A stretch of 64,000 bases of DNA from an uncultured delta proteobacterium (GTDB lineage Bacteria > Desulfobacterota > Syntrophobacteria > Syntrophobacterales > Syntrophobacteraceae): NCBI GenBank assembly GCA_963808625.1, contig CAWEHK010000028.1, positions 12,625 through 76,624 on the forward strand, given 5' to 3'. Both the position numbers and the translations under genes were made by a program. The notes beneath the pieces are model-generated. The model was not told the DNA's origin and made no database searches. It saw only the letters and a program-made list of their open reading frames with translations. Each line of letters begins with the position of its first letter. The stretch's first letter is position 1. Of the stretch, positions 36,182 to 46,170 are shown piece after piece.

Positions 36182-37486
36182 ATGCTCGAAATAATCAAAT
36201 ATCCTTCCGCACAGGCAGAAATCAGACTCTCCCACATTGCGAGTCGGAAAATGGGAGCCGACCCGTCTCTGGAAGCGAAGGTTTCGGAGATTCTGGAAAC
36301 GGTCAGGCGTGACGGAGATGCTGCCTTGGTGGAATATACCAGGCAATTTGACGCTCCCGATTTTGGCGCCGGACAGCTCACCGTCAGTCAGGATGAAATC
36401 GCCTCGCCTACGAGCAGGTTGATGCCGACTTTCGGTCCATCCTGCGGGCGGCCATTTCCAACATCGAGGACTTTTCACCGCCATCAACTGCGGGCTTCCT
36501 ACTTCATCACCAGCCCGGACGGGACCTTTCTGGGCCAGATGGTGAAGGCGGTTGCATCGGCGGGCCTTTATATTCCGGGAGGCAAGGGAGGAGAAACGCC
36601 CCTCATCTCTTCCGTACTCATGAATGGCATTCCGGCACGCCTCGCCGGGGTCGAAGACATCGCCCTCGTCACCCCGCCACGACGCAACGGTTCCGTCAAT
36701 CCCTACCTGCTCGTGGCCGCCGCCGAAGTCGGCGTAACCAGGATTCATAAGATCGGCAGCGCCTGGGCCATTGCCGCACTGGCTTACGGGACGCCGTCCA
36801 TCGCTCGAACCGACGTCATTGTCGGTCCCGGCAATATTTACGTCGCTCTCGCCAAGAAGCTGGTCGCAGGAGAGGTCGGCATCGATCTGCTGGCCGGTCC
36901 CAGTGAAATTCTGGTTATCGCCGACCAGGGCGCCAACCCGGATTACCTCGCGGCAGACCTCCTCAGTCAGGCGGAGCACGACGCCATGGCATCAGCCATC
37001 TTGGTGACGACGGAAAGCTCCGTAGCCAATAAAACGCGGCAGAGTCTCGGTCGGCAGGTGCAGCAACTGCCCCGTAGCCAGATCGCCAGGCAATCCCTTG
37101 ACAACTACGGGGCCATTTTCCTGGTCGCGGACCTCGAGACCGCCATGGAACTCGCCAACCGGATTGCTCCGGAACACCTCGAACTCCAGATCCTTGACCC
37201 CTGGCCCTGTCTGGGCAAGATCACCCACGCCGGAGCCATATTCCTTGGGGACTATACGCCGGAAGCCGTGGGTGACTATTTCGCCGGGCCCAATCACGTT
37301 TTGCCTACCGCAGGCACGGCGCGCTTCGCCTCCGCCCTTGGTGTGGAAAATTTCCTCAAACGCACCAGCGTCATTGCCTACTCCCGCGCAGCCTTTGAAA
37401 AAGATGCGGCGGCCATCCTCCGCCTGGCGGAGCTCGAAGGCCTGGAAGCCCACGCGGCGTCGGTGCGGGTCAGGTTGAAAGCATAG
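36182..37486 (+). CDS. hisD: Histidinol dehydrogenase (compensating frameshifts about 36405-36475)
   Basis: GLYIPGG, IVGPGNIYV, AGPSE, DLLSQAEHD, APEHL, GDYFAGPNHVLPT, EGLEAH. Confidence 0.96.
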   Translation: MLEIIKYPSAQAEIRLSHIASRKMGADPSLEAKVSEILETVRRDGDAALVEYTRQFDAPDFGAGQLTVSQDEIASPTSRLMPTFGPSCGRPFPTSRTFHRHQLRASYFITSPDGTFLGQMVKAVASAGLYIPGGKGGETPLISSVLMNGIPARLAGVEDIALVTPPRRNGSVNPYLLVAAAEVGVTRIHKIGSAWAIAALAYGTPSIARTDVIVGPGNIYVALAKKLVAGEVGIDLLAGPSEILVIADQGANPDYLAADLLSQAEHDAMASAILVTTESSVANKTRQSLGRQVQQLPRSQIARQSLDNYGAIFLVADLETAMELANRIAPEHLELQILDPWPCLGKITHAGAIFLGDYTPEAVGDYFAGPNHVLPTAGTARFASALGVENFLKRTSVIAYSRAAFEKDAAAILRLAELEGLEAHAASVRVRLKA

Positions 37487-37550
37487 TGATGGGTGATGAG
37501 TGATGAGTGCTGAGTGCTGGGTGCTGGGTAATGAGTGATGAGTGCTGAGT
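37486..37550 (+). repeat. Heptamer tandem repeat (GTGATGA/GTGCTGA)n
   Basis: About 9 units filling the whole gap between convergent hisD and cutA. Confidence 0.85.
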
Positions 37551-37882
37551 TATTGTGTGGTGGTATCCTGAGTATTATCAAGCACCCAATTTAAATACTC
37601 AGGGAGCCCGGCGGACAAAGGAAAGGTTACTATTTCCGGCACTTCGTAGCTGTGGAGCTCGCGAATACGGTCTTGGAGGAGAGGAAAGAGCTCGCTGCGG
37701 GTTTTCATAATGAGCAGATGTTCTTCCTCATCGCATATCTCCCCTTTCCAGCGATAGATGGAACGAATGCGAGGGATGATCTGAACACAGGCAGCCAGTT
37801 TCTCCTCAACGATGGTGCGGGCGATGGTTAGAGCTTCATCACCATTGCCGGCGGTAACCAAAACAACCGAAATGTCGCTCAT
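37550..37882 (-). CDS. cutA: Divalent-cation tolerance protein CutA
   Basis: KLAACVQI, SIYRWKG, HSYEVPEI, YLNW. Confidence 0.95.
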   Translation of the reverse strand: MSDISVVLVTAGNGDEALTIARTIVEEKLAACVQIIPRIRSIYRWKGEICDEEEHLLIMKTRSELFPLLQDRIRELHSYEVPEIVTFPLSAGLPEYLNWVLDNTQDTTTQ

Positions 37883-37920
37883 GGGACCTCTTTTCCTTTG
37901 AGTTTTTAAGAGAGCAAACC

Positions 37921-39712
37921 ATGCCGGACGGTTCACCCCGTAATGAGCCGTATAACAGCCTGCCATCGAGCTTCTTTGCCTGCCTCATCAGGGACATTCC
38001 CGTAGACACCTGGCTCCAGCTCCTCAAAAGCGATTCTGCGTTCAGGGCGGCCATTTTGGAAGGCTTTAACGCTCCTGCCAACAAGCTGGGCCGCCTCCTG
38101 CGGCAGCCTCACATCGTCAAGCGCCTGGAGCGTTTCATCCGGTCTGACCAGGCCATTCTCGAGGAGATCCTGCTGCTATGGGGACAGGAGCAACTGGCCA
38201 CCATGGCCTTTCTGGAAATGCTCGACCAAAGCTTTATACTCCAGAATTGGCAGGGTCTGAAGAACTTCATCGGTCCCGAACGCTTTTTTGCGGGGCTCCA
38301 TCTCCTTGGTTGTCTCGGCGAGAAGGATTTTCAGGAGTTGCTCGGGGAAGACTTCTGGAAACGCCGGACCCAGATGGAAGATCTCGAACCCCTTGCGCCC
38401 CTTTGGCTGGTTTGGAGTGGTTTTGTGAAGGAGTTTCCCGAGGCGGCGAACTGGTTCGAAAACGAAACCTCGGTCGCCCAAGAACCGCCGGACGCGGTTC
38501 GAGACGAGCCCAGCCGGGTGCTCCGCAACGAACTGCACCGCCTCGAGGAACGCTGCTCGAAGGTGCAACAGAAGCTTGACCGGGCGGAAGAGGAAAAGTC
38601 CCAACTGCAGCGGGACGTCACCCGATATCGCAAGGAACATGAAGAGCTTCGAAAGCAGATAGCCGAATCCGAAAACGCCTGTGGCAAACGCCTGCAAGAA
38701 GCGATGGCACAGGCCCGCGCCGAGTGGTTTCAGCGCTATCAGGCCATCCCCGGAGCGCCTCTCGATGATGCCAACGGGCTCCTCGATTCGCTCCTGGCGC
38801 GAACCCAACGGGCGTTCGAACGACAACGGCAAGCCGACGAAGAATACGGCCTGGTTGCTGCGGTCCGTCAAAAATTGCTGCATGTCGAACTGTACCTCAG
38901 GGAAATCGAGCGCATCTATGCGGATTCGCTGGTGGTTCACAGCGAAGTGACAAAAGCGAAAGAAGCGCTGCTCGAGGCCAGGAAGAAACTGCTCGGGCTC
39001 CCGGGCATCCAGAAAGTCCTGAACTCAGGAACCGGCGTTGCTTTCACCGGTCGATATGCGCCGGCAAATTCGGCTGCTGGATGTTGTTCCGGAGAATCTG
39101 CCGAGGATCACCGAATTCCAAAGGTTGGTCACCCGTTTGGTTGACCTCGGATTTATCGAAGATCCACAATCCATTATGGAAGACATCGAGCACAAAAAAC
39201 GTCAAATCATGGAAAGTCTCTATGCTGAACATCTAGCTTTACAGCAAGATAAATCTCAAGGCCGTCATTTTCAGAACCTCGATGATTTTCTGGAAAGCGG
39301 CGAAAGCAAGAAATATGACCTATACCTCGACGGGTACAATATTCTTTTTAAATTACAGGGCAAGGGTCGCTCTTCGTCGGTCCTCTCGCTGACCGCTCTC
39401 AGAGAGTCGTTCATTGACGCCGTGGTTAGGAAGGATCGTTATTTTCGCAAAGTATATCTGGTCTTCGACGGTCACGAGGATTCCCGGGACCGGCGAGGCA
39501 ACACGGAAATCATTTACACCGATAAGAACCTCGGCCATACTGCCGATGCGTATATCATTCAGGCGCTCGCAAAGGGCAAAGAGCGACAGGTGCTGCTGGT
39601 AACAGGAGACCAGGAGATCATTCAAACCATCGGAGATCGACTCTACGCTGTGGTTGATCCGTACCATTTTTATCTGTTTGTCTATGATTTGCCGTTTCCG
39701 GGCCTACCCTGA
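37921..39712 (+). CDS. Coiled-coil protein with C-terminal NYN/YacP-like (PIN-fold) RNase domain (frameshift near 39030)
   Basis: Central coiled coil; C-terminal YLDGYNI, LVFDG, TADAYI, LVTGD acidic motifs of NYN domains. Confidence 0.72.
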
Positions 39713-39739
39713 GGCTAACCGTCAATCCGGGATTTCGAT

Positions 39740-40411
39740 ATGAATTTGGACCATGTCAGTGAATACCATCGGGACCAGTGGCATAGCTTCAAAGCCATCG
39801 AGAAAGCCTGTGTCGGCCTATCCGAGGCGGAACTGGAAAAGCTGAGGGAAAGCCTGGAGTCCTATCTTCATTTCCGTGAGATTCTTCATTCCTATCAGGA
39901 GCAATATTTCGGCAGTTTTTGCCGGGCGACCTGTTTTGATAGCGGGTTGAGTGCCTGCTGCGGCTTTGAAAGCATCTTCACGTTCTTTGCGGATCAGATT
40001 ATCACTTATTTGCTGGCAACTCCGGAGGAGCATAACGCGCTTCTGCGCCGGCTCGAACAGCCGAACAAGACGGAAAGGTGCGTGTATCTCGGTGAGCGAG
40101 GGTGCCTCTGGAGGGTCAGTCCCATCTCCTGTGCCATGTTCTTTTGCGAACAGGCGAAGGAGACTGTTTTCAGCGTGAACCGCCCTGCTCAGGCTGCCTG
40201 GGAAGAACTCCAAATTCAGGAAAAGGCCTACACCTACCCCACTCAGCCAGTCCTTTTTGACGACCTCGAGAGGTACTTTATCGACCTCGGCGCCGATTCC
40301 CCCTACATGTACTTTCACAAAAGCCCCGGGTTGCTGCGGGTAAAGGCTCAGTCGGGCCTTGGGAAGTCGGTTGGAGGTTCGCAGACCGCTAAGTACAGCA
40401 CAGCAGAATGA
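39740..40411 (+). CDS. Cys-rich hypothetical protein (YkgJ/CxxCxxCC-like metal-binding)
   Basis: CRATC..ACC..CVYLGERGC..PISCAMFFC spacing. Confidence 0.55.
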   Translation: MNLDHVSEYHRDQWHSFKAIEKACVGLSEAELEKLRESLESYLHFREILHSYQEQYFGSFCRATCFDSGLSACCGFESIFTFFADQIITYLLATPEEHNALLRRLEQPNKTERCVYLGERGCLWRVSPISCAMFFCEQAKETVFSVNRPAQAAWEELQIQEKAYTYPTQPVLFDDLERYFIDLGADSPYMYFHKSPGLLRVKAQSGLGKSVGGSQTAKYSTAE

Positions 40412-40547
40412 GCGGCCCGTAATCTCAGGACGTCATTCCCGCATGTTCTTAGCGGGAATCCAGAGAATTGCAGTAGCCTGGATTCCCGCCAGAAGCACGC
40501 GGGAATGACGAACCCGAATTCGGACACTCATTCATGCGGAGCTATAC
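40393..40547. mobile_element. 155-bp MITE with TAA target duplication
   Basis: TAA at 40390-92 and 40548-50; TIRs GTACAGCACAGCAGAATGAGCGGCCCG vs GTATAGCTCCGCATGAATGAGTGTCCG; internal GTCATTCCCGC..GCGGGAATCCAG / CTGGATTCCCGC..GCGGGAATGAC doublet. Confidence 0.75.
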
Positions 40548-40587
40548 TAAGTAATCTTCATCCACCATCATTCAAAAGGGACGTCAA

Positions 40588-42250
40588 ATGCCGGCACCAT
40601 CTTTGATGCAGAGAATCTATGAGGGAACCTTAGCCAAGGACCTGCTTGATTCCTTCGCACCCATTCCGCGACCCGCAGAAGGTCGACCGTGTCGTGGAAG
40701 CTTACCGGCAACTCCTCCGGAAGTTCCCGCCGGAGACCCTCGAAGCGCTGGGGCGGCTCCCGCAGGAAATGCTCCAGGAAATGGCGGGGATCGGCTTGTT
40801 TGGACTCTCGATTCCCGCTGCCTACGGGGGGCTGGGCTTCAACACCCTGGAAACCATGAGGGTCGTCGAAGGGATGGTGGGGTTGGACATGGCTGCGGCC
40901 CTCGCTGCTCTCGCGCATCTGTTCATCGGGGTAAAAGGCATCGAGCTCTTTGGCGATGACGCGCAGAAACAGAAGTATCTTCCCGCGCCGCATCCGGAGA
41001 GCTGATCTTTTCCTACGCCCTGACCGAACCCAGAATCGGTTCCGACGCTCAGCACATCGAAACCAAAGCGGAACTGTCACAAGACGGCAGCCATTACCTC
41101 CTGAACGGACAGAAAACCTACATCACCAACGCCAATTACGCGGGGGCGCTCACCGTCTTTGCCCGGATGGACCCGGCTCGACCGGGCTTCCTGGGCGCCT
41201 TCATTGTCGAAACGGGATGGGCCGGCGTAAAGATCGGGAAAGACATGCCGAAGATGGGCCTCAAAGCGAGCTCTACTGCCGCGATTCAGTTCCGGGAGGT
41301 GAGGGTCCCCGTTGAGAATCTCCTGGGGGTGCCGGGCGACGGCTTCAAGATCGCCATGACCGTCCTCAATTACGGCAGGCTTGCTCTCGGCGCGGCATCG
41401 CTGGCCATGATGCGCCAATCCCTGGAGGATATGCGCAAACGGTCGTCCTCACGGGTCCAGTTTGGACTGCCCATCAAGGACTTTCCGTTGATTCAGGAAA
41501 AGCTGGCGAAAGACTCAATGCAACGCGTTCGTTTGTGCGGCCGTTAATGATTTCACCGCCACCCTTCTGCAGCAGCAACCCGAAAGGCAACCTCGCCATC
41601 GAAACGTCCCACTGCAAGCTTTTTGGGACCACCCGCGCCTGGGAGACCCTCTACGACGCCTTCCAGGTTGCCGGGGGCTCGGGGTATATCGCCACCAATC
41701 CTTACGAAAAACGCCTGCGGGACTTTCGCGTCGCCACCGTATTCGAGGGTACCACCGAAATCCACTCGATCTACCCCGCCCTTTCGGCACTGCGGAGTTT
41801 AGACAAGCAGGTTAAGGAGTTGGCCGAAAAGAAATCTTCCCGCCTCCGCTTTTTTTTAGCCAATTGGTTCCGCAGGGTTGAGTGGCCGCTGGAATTCAAA
41901 GACCGGACGCTGCAACGGGCATCAAGACTTGCCCGAAGCGAACGCCAACACGATCAGGAGGATGCTGCTGCTGGGATTGATTATTTATCGGAGGAAAGCG
42001 CCGGAGAAACAATTCCTCCTGCGTCGCATCACGACCCTGAGCCTTTATCTTTTCGCACTTCTCGCCGTCCTGGCCAGGCTCGAGCATAAAGAAAAGAGCG
42101 GCTTGCTCAACAAAGAAGAACTGGCTCTGCTTCACTATTTTATGGAAGAAGCCAGGGAAGCAAGGAAGACACAACCGAAGATTTTTCGATTCCAGGAAGG
42201 AGCGTTTGACCGCCGTCCTGGCGCAGGCCCTGTTTCACAAAGATCGTTGA
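40588..42250 (+). CDS. Acyl-CoA dehydrogenase (long ACADVL/ACAD9-like; several frameshifts)
   Basis: GLFGLSIPAAYGGLG, FSYALTEPRIGSDA, LNGQKTYITN, KMGLKASST, LNYGRL, QVAGGSGY, FEGTTEI. Confidence 0.88.
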
Positions 42251-42330
42251 TAGTTGATGGTTGATGGTTGAGTATGGCTTGACTGCTGCTGTCGCACAGG
42301 CCCTGTTTCCTTGACGATATTGAGCCATTG

Positions 42331-42543
42331 TCAATCATCGAGAGGACGCAGGCAATCCTGTGGGAAGCGGTGAGTGCCCTTCTCATCCAGGCTGACCTCG
42401 ATGAGCGCTTCCGGGTCGTTCTTGGAGACATCCGGATCGGTGATGATCCCGTGCATGCCGATGTATTTGTTCATATACTCCTGCCAGCTTTCATCATCCG
42501 ATTGCCGGTAAATCTCTATCTTTTGCCCTCTGCGAAATGCCAT
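42331..42543 (-). CDS. Small hypothetical protein (SH3/KOW-like pattern)
   Basis: GGAGG RBS; F.RGQKI..W..YM.KYIG..GII..IEV..HRFP..CL pattern. Confidence 0.6.
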   Translation of the reverse strand: MAFRRGQKIEIYRQSDDESWQEYMNKYIGMHGIITDPDVSKNDPEALIEVSLDEKGTHRFPQDCLRPLDD

Positions 42544-42827
42544 TTCCATCCCTCCGGGCAGTGATCAGTGGTTAGTGGTCAGCAGTCAGTGGTCAGTGAT
42601 CAGTGGTGCTCGACCGGCAGAGATATGGAAAGATCAGTGGAAGGCGACTTAGGAGTCTGCCCTAAAGTTCCCATCTTCCTTACAGGATCTGCACTTCAGC
42701 GCTTCCTTATCGCTCGTCCCTCTTCTCTGCGTCCCTTACGTCACTTACGTCCCTGCGTCCCTTTCGTCCCCTTACGTCCCTTACGTCCCGCCTGCGTCTC
42801 CCTATGCCCCGCATCCCCATGTCTCCG

Positions 42828-44990
42828 CTAACCAGGCGGCAGGTTTTCCGCGCGGCGGGCTGCCATACTCTGCCTGGCGCACGCTGGCACACAGGGTCTG
42901 GTCCACCGGAAACAGGTCGGCCTGGTTCAGGCGCTGAGAGATAAAATCGAGATACCTGGTGGTTCCGATCGCCGCACCACATTGCTCACAGCGCTGAAGA
43001 TCGAGTCGGTTCAAGGTGGTGCCACACAAGGAAAGGACTCTCTCACCCTCCTCGTCACCCATCGTCATGGCCTCATTCGGGCAGTTGGCCGCACAGGCGC
43101 CACAGGCGATACATTTTTCCGCGGTGAACCGGAGGTCGCTGGCGCCGGGATGGTCGAAATTCAGGTAACCCAGTTGCAGGGCATTCACCCCCATCTGGTC
43201 CCGGCAAACTTCCACGCAATGGCCGCAGCGGCCGCAGATGTCGCATCTGAGGCACCTTCGGGCTTCTTCCCGCACCGCATTTTCTGAGTAACCGAGTTCC
43301 ACCTGCTGAAAGGTGATACGCCTCCGGTCCGTGTTGAGCAGAGGCATCTCAGGCCGTTTGAGGATCATTTTGGTAGAGGCGGGAACCTCGAAACATTCCA
43401 GCCGGCCTCGCCGCACCGGGACCGGCGGCATTTCCGGCTGCGGAATACCCTGCAGGGTGCGGTCGATGGCCGCAGCGGCTCGCTTCCCTGCCCCGATCGC
43501 TTCGACGACGGTCGCGGGTCCCGAAACCGCGTCACCGGCGGCAAACACGCCGGGAATCGAAGTCAGCATGGTAATCCCGCTGGCCACGATCGTCTGCCGT
43601 TTGGACCATTTCAGGTCTTCGAAGGGCGCCAGGCTGTCGGTCTCAACCGTCTGGCCAATCGCCGGAATCACGGCGTCCACTCCGATGACATGATCACTGC
43701 CTTCCACCGGCACCGGCCGTCTTCGGCCCCGCTCATCAGGCGGTCCCAGTTCGGCCCGGAGGCAGAGCAGACCGGTTACTTTGCCGTCGACGCCCTGGAC
43801 CGCTTTGGGCACCGTAAGGAAACACAACTTCACACCCTCTTCTTCCGCCTGGTGGATTTCTTCCACATGCGCCGGCATTTCCGAACGGGACCTGCGGTAG
43901 ACCAGCGTAACCTCCTCACACCCGAGCCGAATGCAGGTGCGAGCCGCATCGATGGCCACATTCCCGCCGCCGACAATGGCCACTCGCTTTCCGGGAGACC
44001 GCCGGTCGCCAAGAGCCACCCGGCGCAGCAGGCCAACCGCATTGATCACCTGAGGGAAATCGTCCTCGCCCGGAATCATCAGCTTGTAGCTGCCGTGAGC
44101 CCCGATCGTTGCCAGGAAGGCCTCGAATCCTTCCTCCCTCAGCTGCGCGATGGTGACATCAGCACCCAGGCGGGTATTGAGCCGGATCTCCACGCCCAGA
44201 TCGGTGATCATCTCCACTTCCCGGTCGATGACTTCCCGCGGCAGGCGATACCGGGGAATCCCCACCATCATCATCCCTCCTGCCACGGGGAGCGCTTCGA
44301 TGATGGTCACCCGATACCCCTTCAGTGCCAGAAAGTAGGCTGCGGTCAGCCCTGCCGGACCGGCCCCGATGATCGCATACCTTGCGGCCGTTGTCGGGAG
44401 CCTTTGCCGGGTTGCGATAAGTCCCCTCGGACATGGCCCGCTCGGCCGCGAAACCTTTGAGATATTTGATCGAGATCGACTCGTCCAGCCGTCCCCGGAC
44501 GCACATGAGTTCACAGGGATTGGTGCACACCAGGCCGCACACCCACGGGAAAGGGTTGTCCTGCCGAATCAGCTCAATGGCCTCAGCGTCCCTTCCCATG
44601 CCGATCAAAGTCACATAACTCGGCACATCGATCCCCGCGGGACACGCCATCTGGCAAGGAGCCGGAGCCAGTTTGACACAATCGCCGGAGGGACAGATCC
44701 GCGTCTCGATGTGACTGGTGAAAACCTCCCGGTGTTGCTGCAGTAACTGCAACATCCTTTGCCCGGTTTCCACACAAGCGCTGCTTGCACCGATCCTCGA
44801 TGAGCTCACCGGCAAGGGCCTGCATCGCCTCGTAGTGGTCGGGTCCGCCCCGGCCCCAGGACACATCCTGAAGGAGTTCGAGAAGCTCTTCGGCCAGGCG
44901 CCGGCAGCGAGGCACGGTGAGCTCTCCCGAGGCGATAATCTCCGCCAGCTCCTTGACGGCGCCGGCAACTTCACAGGGTGGAGTCGTCAT
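42828..44990 (-). CDS. Fe-S flavoprotein: degenerate NuoF C-terminal segment + GltD/SudA/NfnB-like NAD(P)H oxidoreductase + ferredoxin domains (frameshifted)
   Basis: HIETRICPSGDC, PCQMACPAGIDVPSY, NPFPWVCGLVC, IIGAGPAG, GIPRYRLP, GGGNVAIDAAR, YRRS, CLRCDIC, CIACGACAANCP. Confidence 0.85.
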
Positions 44991-45011
44991 TGGCTTTTAC
45001 CTGAAAAATAG

Positions 45012-45098
45012 TAATGAGTGATGAGTGATGAGTGATGAGTGACGAGTGATGAGTGATGAGTGACTGAGTGTTGGATATTGCGTGCTGAGTCCTGAGTG
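45012..45098 (+). repeat. Heptamer tandem repeat (GTGATGA)n
   Basis: At least 8 units immediately upstream of the flavoprotein start. Confidence 0.85.
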
Positions 45099-45259
45099 CT
45101 CGTGGAGAGCCTCCAATATAACAGGGCTCATGTTCATCATTCGAGGGTACAACTCCAGCATGGCAATTGCCTTCAAAATTCATGGTCATCCAGGTTATGG
45201 CTGAGTCATCCACAGGAGTCTTGCGAGTTCCACCATTATGAGCCCTTGGGACCCTCTCA

Positions 45260-45434
45260 GAGGGTTTCTAAAAAGCCTCAGCATATGCCTTCTTAATGAT
45301 TGCGGTGAAAAATCCAAAAGTCCGGAATCGTCATTCCCGCATGGTCTTGGCAGGAATCCATGTACTGTTTGTTCCCTCGACCCCCGCCAGAAACATGCGG
45401 GGGTGACGACCTGAGGAGCTTTTGAGACGCGGTC
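45260..45434. repeat. MITE-like element with GTCATTCCCGC palindrome
   Basis: GTCATTCCCGCATG..GCAGGAATCCA and CCCCGCCAGAAACATGCGGGGGTGAC inside weak terminal IRs (GTTTCTAAAAAGC / GCTTTTGAGAC). Confidence 0.5.
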
Positions 45435-45939
45435 CTATTCAAAGGTGGCCATCGCTTTCAGCATATCGTTCTCGCTTTACGGGCGGCACTTCTTCCGGCT
45501 TGCCGAAATGCAGACAGTGAGTGGTGCAGACGGTTGCGCACGCAGGTTTCAGTCCGCCGTCCACACGGTCTTTGCAATAATCACACTTGACCACTTTGCC
45601 GGTCTCCGCGTGCCACTGCGGCGCCCCCCAGGGGCAGGCGGACATGCAGCTCTTGCACCCGACGCAGAGGCTCTTTTCGACAAAGACGATGCCGTCCTTT
45701 TCCCTCTTCTGCATGGCCCCGGTGGGGCAGGCAGCCACGCACCAGGGGTTCTCACAGTGGAAGCAGGGCATGAAGGTATAGGCTGCTCGCGGTAAATCAC
45801 CCACCAATTTCGGTCCGACGGTGATGATCTGGCACAGCCTGGGGCCAACCGGGAGTCCTTTGTTACTCTTGCAGGCCACTTCACACGAATGACACCCGAT
45901 GCACTTCCGAGCATCCTGGAACAGGTAGTATACGCTCAT
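45435..45939 (-). CDS. Four-cluster Fe-S protein (PsrB/DmsB/NrfC-like electron-transfer subunit)
   Basis: CIGCHSCEVAC, CFHCENPWCVAACP, CVGCKSCMSACP, KCDYC..PACATVC. Confidence 0.92.
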
Positions 45940-46051
45940 CTTCCATTCTCCCAAAACCACCGAATTTTCATGCCAACAACGCCATTAGGCATGAAAACAA
46001 AAACCGAAAAGATCAACGGTGTCTCGCCTTCTGACCTCTCACCGCTGGCAT

Positions 46052-46170
46052 GTTACTCATCACTCATTACTCACTACCCACCACTCACCACTCGTTACTC
46101 ATCACTTAGCACTCATTACTCATCACTTAGCACTCATCACTCATCACTCATCACTCATTACTCATCACTC
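46052..46170 (-). repeat. Heptamer tandem repeat (ACTCATC/ACTCATT on the + strand)n
   Basis: About 16 units overlapping the molybdoenzyme stop codon. Confidence 0.85.
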
